Assembly (NCBI GenBank): GCA_004431415.1
Contig: QPMI01000515.1
Span: 223,195-287,194, forward strand
DNA length: 64,000 bases
Direction: 5' to 3'
DNA from: Cyanophora paradoxa CCMP329
Taxonomy: Eukaryota > Plantae > Glaucophyta
Shown here in pieces: positions 23,701 through 36,612 of this stretch. The position numbers and the translations under genes are program-made. A model generated the notes under the pieces. It saw only the letters and a program-made list of their open reading frames with translations, did no database searches and had not been told where the DNA came from. Numbering within the stretch: position 1 is the first letter of the stretch; each line of letters opens with the position of its first letter.

Positions 23701-25900
23701 CGGGACCTGGGCGGGCCCGATGGACTCGAGGTAGGCGTCCTCCTCCACCCCGTCCATCCCCCGCAGCGCCCGGAACACCTCCGGCGCTGCCCGCGCGGGA
23801 CGCCAAGGTGAGAAGGGCAGCGGAGAGAACTAGCATCTATCTTCGTGCTCCCGGCTTTCTTTCTCGGTGAGAATCGAGCAGCCCGGAGCAGCCTTGGTTT
23901 CCTAGCCACTTCTAGAATCTTGAAATCTCTAGTTTGGGAGGGACGTGGGGAGGGAGGGAGGGGGCGGCACCGTAGTCCTCGAACTTGTAGGCGCTGCCAG
24001 CCTGCACCAGCTCGTTGCTCTGGGTGAGGTACGCGGTTAGGAGGAGGGGGAAGGGTAGGGGAAGCGAGGGGAACGGAAGGCCAAGGGGGCGGGTACCGGG
24101 ATCTCGAACTCGTTGACGTACGTGAAGGACTCCTGGATGTACGGGTATGGGAAGAAGGCCGGGGGTGGGGAAGAAGCGAAAGGGGGGGTACGGAGCCGCG
24201 CACGGGGGAGGGCTTGAAGGGCTTCGGCAAGCTATCCCACCGCTCGTGGGCCGCCTCTCCCGCCGCCCGCTGCGCGAACGAAGGTGGAAAGGGAGGGGGG
24301 TACCGCGCCTCAGCGTTCCGAGCGAGGATTCCGCGGGGAGGGGAGGGGTACCGCACCATGCCGATCATCATGGAGACGACGAGGGCCCACTCCTTCTGGC
24401 CCCAGCTCACCGGCAGCTCCTTGCCTGTCCGGATTCGCGCAGGCGCCCGTTGAGAGACGGGAGGAGGAGGAGGAGGGAAGGGGGGTACGCCGCACTGTGT
24501 CCCTTGCGCTGGTTGAATCGCGCGTCGGAGCGGCGGTTGCTGCCCATCCCCAGGAGGGCCTGGCGCCCCAAAAGTCAATCTCAAATTCAAATCATGGTGG
24601 GGGGGGAGAGACGGGCTCACTTGAGCTTCGTGGTCCGAGGCCAGCCCCTCGCAGAACTCGTTCTTGTCGATGAGCCCGTCCCGGTTCCGGTCCCTGCGCG
24701 GCGGCCCCCGCCGGATTCGAACCGGAGACCACAGGGCGGATGGGAGGAAGAGAGGGTACAGTGCGCACAGCTTCGCGAAGAGCCGGTTGCTGATCTCGAT
24801 GATGTCGGGCCGGACCTGCGTTGGGGGGGGGGGGGGGGGGGGGGGGGGTGAGCCGGACGGGGGAAGGGGGGTACGGGAGCACTGAGAGAGCGCGGCGCGC
24901 CTTGCGCTTGCGGGGGTCCACGAGAGCCAACGTGTCGATCACGGATCCCAGCATGGCCTGCATCTGATCCCCGTACCCCGGCTCGGATCTTGGGGGGGGG
25001 TTAGCGGGGTACGGGCAGGGGCACCTCGGTCTTCGCCACGAACTTGTCTGCGTGGAGGAGAGGGGAGGGGCGATGCGTCATGGGAGGGGTACGGGGCGGA
25101 ACAGACAGGAGGCATCGTACCCTGGTCGTGGTCGAACATGCGGAAGGCGAAGCCCTGGGGGGTAGCAGGAGTTCAGTTCGGGGAGGGAGGGAAAGAGGAG
25201 CAGCCGGGATTCGAACCAGCTTCGTGCGGAGGTCCCCGCGAGAGAGGACGCCAAGAGCGCCGATGAACTCGGGGATGGAGATGCGCCCGTCGCCGTCGAA
25301 GTCGAACGCCTGCGGCGAAAGAAAGGGCATCGGGGCGGGGCGGGGCGGGGCGGGGAGGGCGGGGGGAGGAAGCGGGCGGAAAGGGCCCCGGCGCGCCTTG
25401 AAGAGGGAGCGGCCAAGAACATTCGATCCGAAGTGCTTCACGAACTCCTCTGCGGGGCGCGCCGGGCGTCCGTTGGGCGGGGCGGGGCGGGGCGGGAACG
25501 AGGCGAGGCGAGGCGGGGCGGGGCGCTGGCCGCCAAGACGCGGGGCGAAGCGAACCGGGGACGAGGACGCCGTCGTTGTCGCTGTCGAGCGCCTTGAAGC
25601 GCCTGCCGCGACCGCTTAGTTCGAGGCGATGCCAGGCGGCCGAGGCGCGGCCGACGGCTGACGGGACGGGGCGCGGCGGGGCTGTCGCACCGACTCAATT
25701 CCTCCAGCTGTGCGGCGCTAAGGTCCGCGGCCTTGAGCTGCGAACGAGTCTGAGCGGCCAGCGCGGCAGCTGACGTGGTCAAGGGCGAAGCGCACCGCGG
25801 CACGCGGGCTCATCGAGGAGATGAGCTCGGCATACGCCGCGGGCTTCGCGGGCCCTTCCTCGCGCACATCCGTCGCGGGCGTGGATTCCGAAGCGCCCAT
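20732..25900 (-). CDS. PIP5K-family phosphatidylinositol-phosphate kinase with N-terminal myristoylation signal and NCS/calcineurin-B-like EF-hands
   Basis: N-terminus MGASES. EF-hand exons FKALDSDNDG and AFDFDGDGRISIPEFIGALGVLSRGDLRTKL. Kinase motifs GKSGSLFFHTPDGR|YMAKTI, YDLK|GSTHER, KDLN, LMDYSL, YYIGLI|DYLTEW, ISAVPPKQYQ|ARFIKFM. Stop TAG at 20734-20732. Confidence 0.92.
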
Positions 25901-26093
25901 CTGCTCGCCGTGTGCTGCTCGCTATACCGCTCTACCGGCTAGGTTCGGCCCAGCGTGCTATATGCTGCGTCCCGAGCAGTTCGAAATCGCCGCCGCCGCA
26001 GGAACACGAAACTTCGGTTAGCTGCACGCCGTACCCCGCAGCCCCAAAGTTTTGCCGTGCGGCCCACACCTAAGCTTTGGAGCGCGCGCGGCA

Positions 26094-28056
26094 ATGTGCG
26101 GCCGGGCGGCGCTAGGTCTTGCACCCGACGAGCTCCAGTCCGCGACGAAGGCGCGCGGATGGGTCGGGCGGGACAAGTACCGACCGAAGTACAACGTCAG
26201 CCCGTGCCTGAGGCGCGTACGCGACCACCGCGGCTGACACTGAGCCCCGGCAGGTCGCGCCGACCAGCTTCAATCCCGTGCTGCGGGCGGCGAGCGCGCG
26301 GCAGCGCGGCGGAGCCAAGGACGACGGCATCGCGCCGGCTTCGAAGGCCGCCGACGACGGAATAGTCGACGTTGACCTGGAGGCGGAACTCGAGACGACG
26401 GCGGCGGCGGCGGCGGCGGAGCTCGAGGCGGAGGGAGACGAGCTCGAGAAGAGGCCCGTGCGCGTGCTGCACCAGGTCGGCGCGTTCGGAGGCTAAGCGT
26501 GCGCGCTTTCGGGTGCTGACACGCACTTTAGATGAAGTGGGGTCTCGGTTCGCGCTTCCGCCGCCGCGGATCCAGAGCGCGCGCGTGCTCACTCGGGGCG
26601 CTCGCTGGCCGCGGTCGCAGTCGCATCGTACGAGAAAGAGATGCGGAAGGACATTTCCACGATCAACGCGCGGGGCGAGTCGGTGCACTCGGCGCCCCGC
26701 CCCTCTCGCAGGCTCCAGATTTGATCGCCGCCTCAGCTCGAGAGCAGCGGGATGTGGCGCCGCCTGCTGGCTCGCCGCCGCGCCGTTTACTTCTGCGAGG
26801 GATTCTACGAGTGGTACAAGGCATCGGAAAAGGCTAAGGAGCGAAAGCCGTACTTCCTGCACATGAAGGACCCGTGCGGGTGCTTTCGACTTCCCTCCGA
26901 TCCGCCCCTGCACGGCGCAGCGCCTCACTCGCGCGCCGCGCGGCAGCCCACGGGGCCGAAGGCTTCTCCCGATGGCGGCTCTGTACGATGTATGGCGCTC
27001 TCCGGAGGGTCCGTTGGGTACAGGGAAGGCGCGGCGCGCGCCCCGTCCTCACTCGTACCCCTCTCCCGGTCCGCAGGCGAGATCGTGTACTCGTACACAG
27101 TCGTCACGACCGCCGCCTGCAAAGAGATCCTCGTGCGCCCCGCCGGGTTCGAATCCGCGCCCGCCGCCCCTGATTCGCCGCAGTGGCTCCACGACCGCAT
27201 GCCCGTCATCCTGGACCCCGTACCCCCGCCCGGCTCTTCACGCCCCCATCTCGCTCTCACAGCCCCACGCAGGAGGACATTGACGACTGGATCGACCCGA
27301 CCGTACCCTGGGAGAAGGTTCGCGCCCGTACCCCCCCCTCCCCTACCCCACCCTCCCCTCGCTCACCTCCGAGCAGGTTCGGGACCGCATCCGAGCTCGG
27401 AGGGACCTGCAGTGGTGTCCACGTACCCCCCTTGCCCGCTGCAGTCCGCAAGCGGCTACGCCCGGATTCGAGCCCGCGCTCGCAGGTACGAGGTCTCGCA
27501 GGAGGTCAACGGGATCAAGGTGCGGTACCCCGGCGGGCCTGTACCTCTCCCATGACCCGTACCCCCCTCCAGATCGACAAGCCGGACCTGATCCGCCCCG
27601 CCGCGGAGACGCGCCCCCGCGGCATCGATTCCTTCTTCGCCAAGTGCGGCGTACCCCTCCCTCCCATCTCCCGTACCCCCCACGACGTCGACCTCCGCGC
27701 CACAGGAAGCCGAGCCCGGCCAAGACCCCCAAGGCCGACGTCGACTTGGAGGAGGGCGCGAAGGCGTTCCTAGGCCGAGGGCCGGCGACGCCAGATCTAG
27801 ATCCAGAGGCCAAGATCGAGGTCAAGGCTGAAGAGAAGCCCGCGGGCAAGCCGGCGGTGCCGGCGGCGGCGGCGGCGCCGGAGAAGCGGCCCCGCGTTGA
27901 CCCGCCCCACGAGGCGAGGGCCACCCCCTCCCCCTCCCCTCCGAATTCGTCCCTCTCAAGCTCAGTTGCAATTGGCAAGCGCAGGTCGTCGAGCTGGACA
28001 GCGACGGGGAGGAGGAGGGCGAGGCGCCGGCGAAGAAGACCCCGCGGCCCTCCTAG
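26094..28056 (+). CDS. HMCES: SRAP-domain abasic-site protection protein (HMCES/YedK family)
   Basis: N-terminal MCGR (catalytic Cys2), YNVSP, NARGES, RRAVYFCEGFYEW, WLHDRMPVIL, and a PIP-box-like GIDSFF near the C-terminus. Confidence 0.93.
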
Positions 28057-28214
28057 AGCAAGCCTTAGTTCGGGTCAGATTTAGAGCCGTGTGCAGAGTT
28101 CAGCGAGGCCTGTTCGGTGCAGGCAGAGTCGTGTGCAGGAGCTCGTCTGTACACGATAAGATTGCCAATGCGTGACCAGGGCATGGCCTAGCTATAGGGG
28201 AGGCGCCCGGGTCC

Positions 28215-29091
28215 CTAGCGGGGACCGCAGCAGCCGCCGCCGGGGCCGCGCCGCGCCGGCCGGAAGTGGGCCCCACCCGTGCCCCCGCCCCCCAGGTGGT
28301 CGAAGCCCGTACCCCGCCCGGCGCCCGCACCCGCGCCCGCGCCCGCGCCCGTGCCTGTGCCTGCGCCGGAGGCCGGAGGGTCCGGATCCTGCGGAGCGGC
28401 GTTGGCGTCGGCGCGCGCAGCGACGCAAGCTCCGCTCCCAGCTCGCACCATGAGGCGGCGGCCGGGCCCGCCGCGGAACGGCGCGTTGGGGACCTGCTTC
28501 TCGAGCTCCTCGAGGTGCCTGGCGGCCCGCTCGCGCTCCCGCTGCTTCCGCTTCTCGAACTCCTCCCGCGCCGACTCGTCGATCGCCTCCTGCGCCTTCA
28601 AGCGCGCCTCGAGGACGGCGTCCACGAAGGGGACGCTCTGCGCCGCCTCGTACGCCACGGGGCTCAGCGGGTTCGCTGCGGCCCGCGTGAGCTCGGAGGC
28701 TGGGTGCACGTGGATCGACATCTGGACGAGCGCACCGAACGTCGGCATCCTGCTCTCCCGCATCTTCGCCAGCGTCGGCGCGTACTTCTTGTAGAGCACG
28801 TAGAGCAGAATCCAGCCGGCGAGGATGAACCAGCCGTACCGCTCGAAGACGGTGAAGACTGCAGCGACATCGGTCAAAGCTTGCGCAGCCACAGCCGAGG
28901 GCAGGCGCACTCATTGTCCGCATCTCGTGTCCCAGATGTGCGCCGCGTGGCGGCGGGATGTGAAACGCATGCTGCTGGGGCGGCTGCGGCCGCTGGGCTG
29001 AGCCTGCGCCGGGCGTCGCGGGCGGCTCGGGCGCCGCGGCCGGCGGTGGCTCGACGGGCGGATGGTCTGGCATCGGCGCTGTCGCTTCCAT
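28215..29091 (-). CDS. SELENOS: Selenoprotein S/VIMP-like ER membrane protein, cysteine homologue
   Basis: YGWFILAGWILLYVLYKK transmembrane helix, EARLKAQE..EKRKQRE coiled coil, and a Gly-rich tail FDHLGG..FRPARRGPGGGCCGPR ending at TAG. This mirrors the SelS ending RPGRRGPSSGGUG. Confidence 0.8.
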
Positions 29092-29288
29092 CTGTACAAG
29101 TAGAGGCCGAGAACCGAGGTCGTTTCTGGGGTACGCGCTCTCTGTCAGAAAGGCGGCGCAAGCTAGCGAGCGGGCCTCAACCGGCGAATCCCTGAAGTGC
29201 GCACGCACAGGCGGTCCAGCAGCTCGCACATCGCACCTTGGCCGTCGCACCATCGCATCGAAACTTCTTGAGCACTTTCGGCACCGCG

Positions 29289-31068
29289 ATGGCTTTCTTT
29301 CAGCCGCAACCGAATAGCTATGGTCGCGTCCTTACGAGCGATGTGCGCGGTCGCCGTTCGCGCTTGTTAACATTCGCGCTGTCCGCGCCCCGTCGAGGGC
29401 TGAAGCGCTCTGGCCTGCAGGTCTTCCGAAACCCGATGATGTGGTTTGAACAGTCACTGCTGATCCCGCACGGTGCGTGCTTCCTTTAGCGAGGCCCAAG
29501 CGGCCTGTGGGCCGGCGCCGTTAGCTCGTCGGGCGGAGCGAAGCGAAGCGCGACAGCCTCGTTCGGCGCGGATTATCTAGATTCGAGCTTCATAGCCCTT
29601 GATCCTCCACAGGATGAGGCGCTAGCCAGGGCGATCTTGCTTCCGACCCCTTCAGCTGGTTTTCCGGATCCCGCTAACGCGCGCACGCCGGGCGCCGCAG
29701 AGCCGCTGCGGCAGGCGATGGTGGACATGGAATACGCCCTTCAGCCGCAGTTCTTCCCGGGCAGGCCGCACCAGGAGTTCAAGGTCAAGAACTTCTTCAA
29801 GTGGTGCGCAGTGGGCCCCAAGCTTGGGCGAGCTCGCCGCGCCACCTGCTAAGCCCGGCCCGCCGCGCCGCGCCGCAGGTTCCGTGATTTCTTCTACGTG
29901 ATGACTTACGACCACCATGGTGCGTCCTCGCTCGGATCAAATCCGGGTTCGATTTCGAACTGCGGCCGCAGAGAACGAGGAGGAGATCTTCATCCCCTGG
30001 ATTCGATCCCGCGCGGTCATTCCCGCCAAGGTGCAGGACGACCACACGACGATCCTGAACGCGCTGAAGGACATCCTGGGTTCGAATCCCGCCGGGTCAC
30101 TTCCTTCGATTCGTCGTGTTTTACAGTACCCTTTCGCAGCGATGGAGGGCAAGTTCAACGTCGCTTCGCACTCGCCGCGCGCGATGGAAGACCGTTATAT
30201 GCTCGCCGACGAGTGCGTACTCCCCTTTCTCCCCCCCCTCCGCGGCGCCGCCGTACCCCGACTGACGTACCCTTCGTTCGCCCCCAGGCTTCGCTTCATG
30301 GTGCGCGATTTCTGCGAGATGATGCGCCACCACCTGCGGGTTCGCCCTCGCACCCCCCTCGCCCGCACTCCCCCGTTATCGCCCCTCACGTGTACCACCT
30401 GCAGGAAGAGGAGGAGATCATACCCGTGATCATGCGGGATCACTTCACGCGGGAGGAGGAGCAGAAGGTCGTCGAGAGGGTGCGCCGTACCCCGGCCCTG
30501 CCCTACGCGTCCCTTCGCCTACCCTTCTGGCTCTTGCCCATCTCCGCTCCACCCCTCCTGCTCTCCCCTAGCAAGCCTGATTCGTGTACCCCCGCCCCGC
30601 AGATTATCGCGCGGATGCAGACCTCTTTCCGGGGGGAGGCCATCGCGTGGATCGCCCGCGTCGCCCGGCAGTGGTACCCCCCTCCCAGATAGATGGAGGA
30701 TGCGCTTGATCTGATCGCGTACCCCCGCAGGATGCTCGCGCACGAGTACGAGGGGTTTGAGGCCTCGCTTCCCGGACCGGCGCGTACCCCGCCCCCGCGC
30801 CTCCCTCTCGTTTTGATATCGTCTTACCCCCCTCACCCCCCTTTCTCGTTCAGGTGAGGTTCATGCTGAGGAAGCTGTGGGCCAAGCAGCACGTGGAGAA
30901 CAACGTCCAGCTCCTCCGCAGGTGCGAACGCGTACCCCAGCACGCGGGAGTCCCGCCATGTACCCCCCCGCACGCCCCGCCTGACCGCCTGGCCGGCTCG
31001 GCAGCGTCACCTACGACGCGGAGCCGCCGGCGAAGCCCGTTTGCGAGTGTGCCTGCACCGTCTCCTGA
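29289..31068 (+). CDS. Hemerythrin-like (HHE cation-binding) protein with C-terminal CaaX
   Basis: Spliced ligand motifs LIPH|EPLR, DHH|ENEEEIFIPWI, DDH and H|LQEEEEIIP. The last exon reads SVTYDAEPPAKPVCECACTVS, stop TGA 31066-31068. Confidence 0.82.
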
Positions 31069-31740
31069 GTGAGGGGCGCGCCCGATATCGCACGTAGTCT
31101 GCAGGCGCAGGCGCGGGGCCAATTCTCTGCAAGCTGTGTCAAATGTAACCGAACGTTCCTCTCTGGCCACGCGTACGGCTGGCTGCTCGGGCGAGGAGCT
31201 AGCCAAGCAGCATAGAATGGAGCTCAGACGTGGATTCAATCAGTAACCCGGTAGCATTTAATGATTGCATCGGCCGCGGGTCAAAGAAATCGACGCATCG
31301 CGCGAAATGGCCGGCAGCCTGTACACATATGGCTACTTTTGGCTGCTAGTCTGCTTAAAAGAAATGCGATTCGAGGCCGTGTCTTCGGAAGCGATATGCG
31401 CACAATAAAGTGCGTGCCACGCCAGTGCACGTAGAGGAAAAAAGAGCATTTACAAGAGCTAGCGTACTAAAGAAAGGGATCGGGGGGCGGCCGTAACTGT
31501 ACAAGACTCTCGAGAGAAAAACCACGCCAACTTGGCAAGGAGCGTTCTGCGATGATTATACGAATCACACGCGTAATCACAGGCAGGTGCTGCCGTAATG
31601 CAGACTAAAAAAGCTTGAGCGAGCGAGGGTCTCGACTGAAAAAGAGTGTACCTAGTCTCAACTGGAAAAGAATTTAGCTAAGCTTTCTCTCAACTGAAAA
31701 AGATTGCTCGATTCAAGGCTGGTCTAGTAGATCTAAAAGA

Positions 31741-33192
31741 TCAGTAGAGGGACTTGGGGGCGATGAGGGCACTGTCGAGGGCGGCCGTGGTGCCCTCGGC
31801 GAAGCGGGGGGACCCGCCCCACGTGCACCCGTTCCGCGTGCGGGGCCGCTGGGGCTCGCGGGGCGTGTAGACGTGCCCCGGCGAGTGCGTGAGTTCCAGC
31901 TCGCGGCTGTGCGCCGGGGAAATGTAGCGAGCCTCTCGGCGCGTCGCCTTGGAGGCGAACGTCCAGTTCCCGGAGCGCGGCGACGCGTCGCCCTTGCTCG
32001 TGTACGCCCCCGCTGCGAATGCGAACGAAGTTAGTGGAGGGCCTCGAGGGGGGAGGAGGGGGAGGGGGGTACGGCGCACGTCCGGGGTCCTCGGCGGACT
32101 GGAGGGGCTTGTTGTGGATTTGGCGAACGAAGCGCGCGGTGCTGAAGCGGCCGGGGGTACTGGCGCGCCGCTCCGTGGGGCGGTACTCCCCCGGGCCGGG
32201 CACGGGCGAGTTGTAGTCGGGGCGCTGGGCCGAGGTCTGGAGGGACCAGGCCGACGCGAGATTCGAAGAGGCGGTCGACGAGGGCCGCTGGATCGCCTCG
32301 TACTCCCCGGGGCCGGGCGTCCGCGCCGCTGCGCCGGCGATCTCTGATTCCGAACGAGAGGGTCGAGAGGAGAGAAAGGGTGCGCACGGTCCGGGAAGCG
32401 GTCGGTGCGGGAGGCGGAGAAGGCCGTGCCGTCGCTGAGGGCGAGCGAGGAGCGGGAGCCGTAGCGGGCGGGCCCCGGCGAGGAGCTGCGGGCGGCCTGC
32501 TCCTCGAACCAGCTGTGGCGGCGCCGCTCCGGGCTGTGCAGCGACCAGGAGGGCACCGGGAAGCGCGGCGAGAGCGACGGCTCGTCTGAGCGTACGTGCG
32601 CGCACAGTCCAGTCAGACCGGCGCGGCGCGGTCGGATGGCAGATATGTAGGTAAGGCGGGGCGCGCGCACAGTCGCCGGGACCGGGAGTGGACCGCGCGG
32701 AGGCGCACGAGCGCGCAGAGGAGGCTGCGCTGATGCCGGAGACACCGGAGGCGGCCGAGTCGATCGAGGCGCGCCGGGCCGACCCGAGCGAGGCGCGGCG
32801 CGCCCGCGGGCTCATGCCGGGGTTCGAGCGGGGCGGCTCCAGCGAGTTGGGGAGGGAGGGCCGCCGGGCGTTCAGGTTGAGGGGCGGGACCAGCCGGGGG
32901 CTCGTGGGCGGGCAGGGGACCAAATGCGGCGCCCCGGCGGACGTGGTGGGCGAGAGCAAGGCCGATTCGGACGCGGGCCGCGCGTCGTGGTCGGGGACGA
33001 TCGCCTCCTGCCGATCGTCGTGCGCGGTGGGCTCCTCGGCGTTCACTTTGCTCTCAGGCGGCTGGGCCCCAGGTCCGGTCAGAGGGGCGGGGGAATCGAA
33101 CTCGCGGATCCGCGGATGGGCGGATAGCGCACGGTCACGACCGGATGCAGGCTCAACACGGGCGCGGAGGGCGGCTGTGCCGGCGCGTGCAT
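31741..33192 (-). CDS. STPG/SHIPPO (ODF3-like) repeat protein, likely ciliary
   Basis: Repeated PGP..Y units: STPGPGD, SSPGPARY, RTPGPGEY, PVPGPGEY, HSPGHVY, with F..RF spacers. First exon MHAPAQPP from ATG 33192. Confidence 0.78.
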
Positions 33193-33913
33193 GATGTTCA
33201 AGAGGACCATCGCTGCTGCTGCTACTGTTTACGTACGTATGCGCTGGGAATGGCTCGATCGTGCTGCGGCTTTGGGATCTGTCTGCTGCACTGCGGGCAA
33301 GTGCGCTGGCGTCGCGGCTACCAGTCTGGCGGGGCGGCTACCAGTTGCGTCGCTGACTCGCTGCAGTTCGATTCAAGTTGCGTCGCGAGCTGATCGGCAG
33401 ACACGTATCAAATGTCCTCCGGCGCTGTGCGAAGCCACGCCAGCACAAGGTTGCAGATTGCCAGGTCACAAAGCTGCGGAGGTTCTCCCCCAATCGCTCG
33501 CTACCCCCCTGGGCCCTTTCGGTCTGCGCGCTGCTGGCGGCGCCTGGCGCATCCGCGCTAGCTCTCAAACGCATGCTGTTGCCAGGGAAGCCGCAGCACT
33601 GCGGCAGCCGCTGCTGAGCCGCAATTACATCGGGTACACAGATTCCTGCAAGTGCGAACGAAGTGCGGTTGGTCTTTGTCGCAAGAGAGCTGCTAGCTAC
33701 AACGCCGCACTGCGGCCGCAGTGCTGCTTCCAGCGTTTTAGCCTATTCCAGTGCCCCGGCGAGAGTCCACTGATCAGTCCGGCCTACTAGTACGTTCCGA
33801 TAGCTAGCTATAGGAAACTCGAAGACCTGCTCTGCGAGGGACCTGGAAGCCGGCACACGTGGCCTCAGCCGCTGAGCGGCCCGCGGCGCGGCGGCCCGGG
33901 GGGATGAGCTGGG

Positions 33914-36612
33914 ATGCCGCCGCTCGTCGACCTCGCCACAGCTGCGGTTGAGCTCTTCTACGCGGAGCTCCTCCCCGTGGGTCACGATGAGCTCGCCCTC
34001 GCCCCGCAGGAGAAGCGGGCTGTGCCCAGGTCACGGAAATGGCGACCCGCCTCTCCTCGGGCCGAGGCCTCACGAAGGCGGCGCAGGTTCCAGAGCTGGG
34101 AGGAGATGGCGGACGCCGTGGTGGATTTGGTCTGGCGGCCCCAGGCGTGGGCGCGGGACCAGCGCTCCGCCGGCCTCCTCGTCTCCGTCCTGAACGAGGC
34201 AGCCGCCCATCCCTCCCCGCGGTAGCCGGGCGCCGCCGCTGACGCTTCCCCGCAGCACGTGCCGCGAGACGAGCTGAGGCGCGTGGTCAAGGTCGTGCTG
34301 AAGGCCCGCAAGGCGCAGCAGCAGCCGCCGCAGCTTAGCCTCCGCCTCTGCCGCGAGGCCGTCGCCCTCGCCCTGCGCTCGTACCTCAGCCAGCGGGTGC
34401 GCCTGCGCGCGCGACGCGGCCTGGTCTGGCCTGGCCCAACGGTCCTCGCGTGCGCGCAGGAGGCGGAGGCGAGGCCGCCCGAGGAACCCGAGCCGTTCTA
34501 CCTCGTGCGGGAGATCCCGACCCTGCCCCCCGTCGCCCACCCCGTGCCGGCGTTTCGGCCCATGCCGGCGCGACCGCCGCGCCGTCCCATCGCGAGGCCG
34601 TCCAAGGCCGCCCAGGGCCCGCCCTCGCCGCCAGCGGCTCCATCGGCGCAGCCGTATACGTACGCCGAGGAGCCCCCGCCGCGCGGGCCGCCGCACTCGG
34701 CGCCGGCCGTCGCCGGCCCCTGGGCGCAGGAAGGCCCGCCGCCCCGCACGGCCCCGCGGGACGCAGTCACGCTGCTGGTGACCCCCGACGAGCCGGCGGG
34801 CCGCCCGAGGCTGCGCCGGGCGCGCCCGGCGGCCCCGCGAGCCGCTGGCGGAGCGAGGAGCTGTTCGCTGGTACCCCCGAGGCCGCCTCGTCCCGGCAGC
34901 GACCCGCCAGCTCGGAGGGCGGCCAGGCGCGCCCCGCGCCGGCGCCGGCGCCCGCGCCGTTCCACTACAGGTACTGCTGCCCGCCAGCTCAGCGGCGCGC
35001 CAGCGAGTAAGCTGAGGCCGTTCCGCAGGCGGGGCCTAAGAGCGGACCGGGCGGCGACGTGGGGCGCCACAAAGCAGGCGCAGGCTCAAGCGCAGCAGAC
35101 GCGGGCGGGGGGTACGCTGCGGCTCGGGATCGCCACCCAGGTGGAGGCGGACCTGGGGGTTGGCCCGAGCGGCCCCAGCCGGCGGGCGGGGCGGGGCGGC
35201 GCCCCGCCCCGCCCCGCGGCTCGACCACGGCGCACGCGTGCGCGCGGTGCAGGCGCTGCGCGGGGCGGCCCCGGCGGCGCCGGCGCCGGCGAGGCGGCGC
35301 CGGCCCCGCCGGCGCCCTCGCTGGGGCCGCCGGTGGCGGCGCCCGCGACGGTCGAGGAGCTGTTCCTATCGGCGGCGGTGGACGGGTACGGGCGAACGGG
35401 CGAACGTTCGTACGTGCCCATCAACACGACCCTCGCGATCGCTGTGGCCGCCCTCTCCGGGCACGCCCCGCTCCGCGCCGTCGCCACCCCCAAGACCCCC
35501 TCCCGCGCCCTCCCCGCCCCGCTCCCCGCGCAGCCCAACTCCCCCCGGGCCGCCGCCCACGCCCAGGCCCGCCGCCGGCCACCCCAGCACCCGCACAAGC
35601 CGCCGCCGCCGCCTCAGCAGCAGCAGCAGCAGGAGCCGGCCGGGGGCCCGGAGGACCTTTTCGCGATCGCGACCCGCAGGGCCGCCCCGCGCGCCCCCGT
35701 CCGCCTCCGCGTCCTCTGAGGCGCCCCCGCAACTTTCTCTTACCCCCCCCACCTCCCCCCCCCCCGTGAACGTGTGCAGCTTTTGCCTCCAGTCGGCGGC
35801 GGGCGGGGGGGGGGGGGGGGGGGGGGGGGGGGGCTGTTGTAAGAAGGGTAATAATTATGCGATCTATTGGCGATTGGCGATCGATTGTTCCTGTGCGCCC
35901 CGGGGTACAAGCATGCGAAGCCTTTAGCTCCGAGCAGCTGCTGTCGACGCGAGTCTCATTTTAGATCGACTTCGACTTCGACATCGGCTGTTCTTCTAAA
36001 GCCTCCAGAACGGCGGCGGCCGCCGCCGCGGCGGGCCCCGGCCGCCCCGCCCCCGCTCGAGGTCCCGCTACCTGGCGTACGTGCTGGCGCGGCGGTATCT
36101 GCGGCGGCGGCACGGCCTCAAGGCCGTCGAGATCCTCGACGACCTCGAGAGGGAGGGCGAGACGGGGGGCGGGCGCATCCGCCTCCACTTCCCCGCCGCC
36201 TTCGGCCCCCAAAAGGTTCGCCTGGTTCGCCTCCGCCCGCCGCCCCCCAGCCCTGCGCGCTTCCGGAGTCTAATTCTAGATCCTCGCGATCGATCGATCG
36301 TACCACCAGGCCTAGGGCTCCTCCGCCGCCGCCGTGCCGCCCCCCGACTCCGACTTCGAATTCGATATTAGCGGCTCTCCGAAGGCATCCAGGACGTCAA
36401 TGGCGGCGGCCGCCGCCGCTGACGCGGCGGGCCCGGGGGCGGAGGCGCCCCGCCCCCGCTCGAGGTCCCGCTCGGTATCGGCTCCGCGGGGGCGGCCGGC
36501 GGCGCCGCCGCCGCGCGGCCCCCGCCCCCCGCCCTCGCCCCCTCCTCCACCGCCTCCTCCGCCTCCGCCTCCGCCTCCGCCCCCACCGACCGCCCGCCCC
36601 GGCCGCGGCTGA
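33914..36612 (+). CDS. Hypothetical multi-exon Pro/Ala-rich protein (3' end uncertain)
   Basis: Exons MPPLVDLATAAVELFYAELL.., FQSWEEMADAVVDLVW.. and VPRDELRRVVKVVLK.. are joined by GT-AG introns. No family recognised. Confidence 0.45.

Noticed and set aside
28215-28217. Selenocysteine readthrough in the SelS-like gene
   Set aside because: The stop is TAG and the motif positions are Cys codons.
5295-35833. Long poly-G/poly-C runs as functional G-quadruplex elements
   Set aside because: They are mostly intronic homopolymers whose lengths are unreliable in long-read assemblies; there is no further support.
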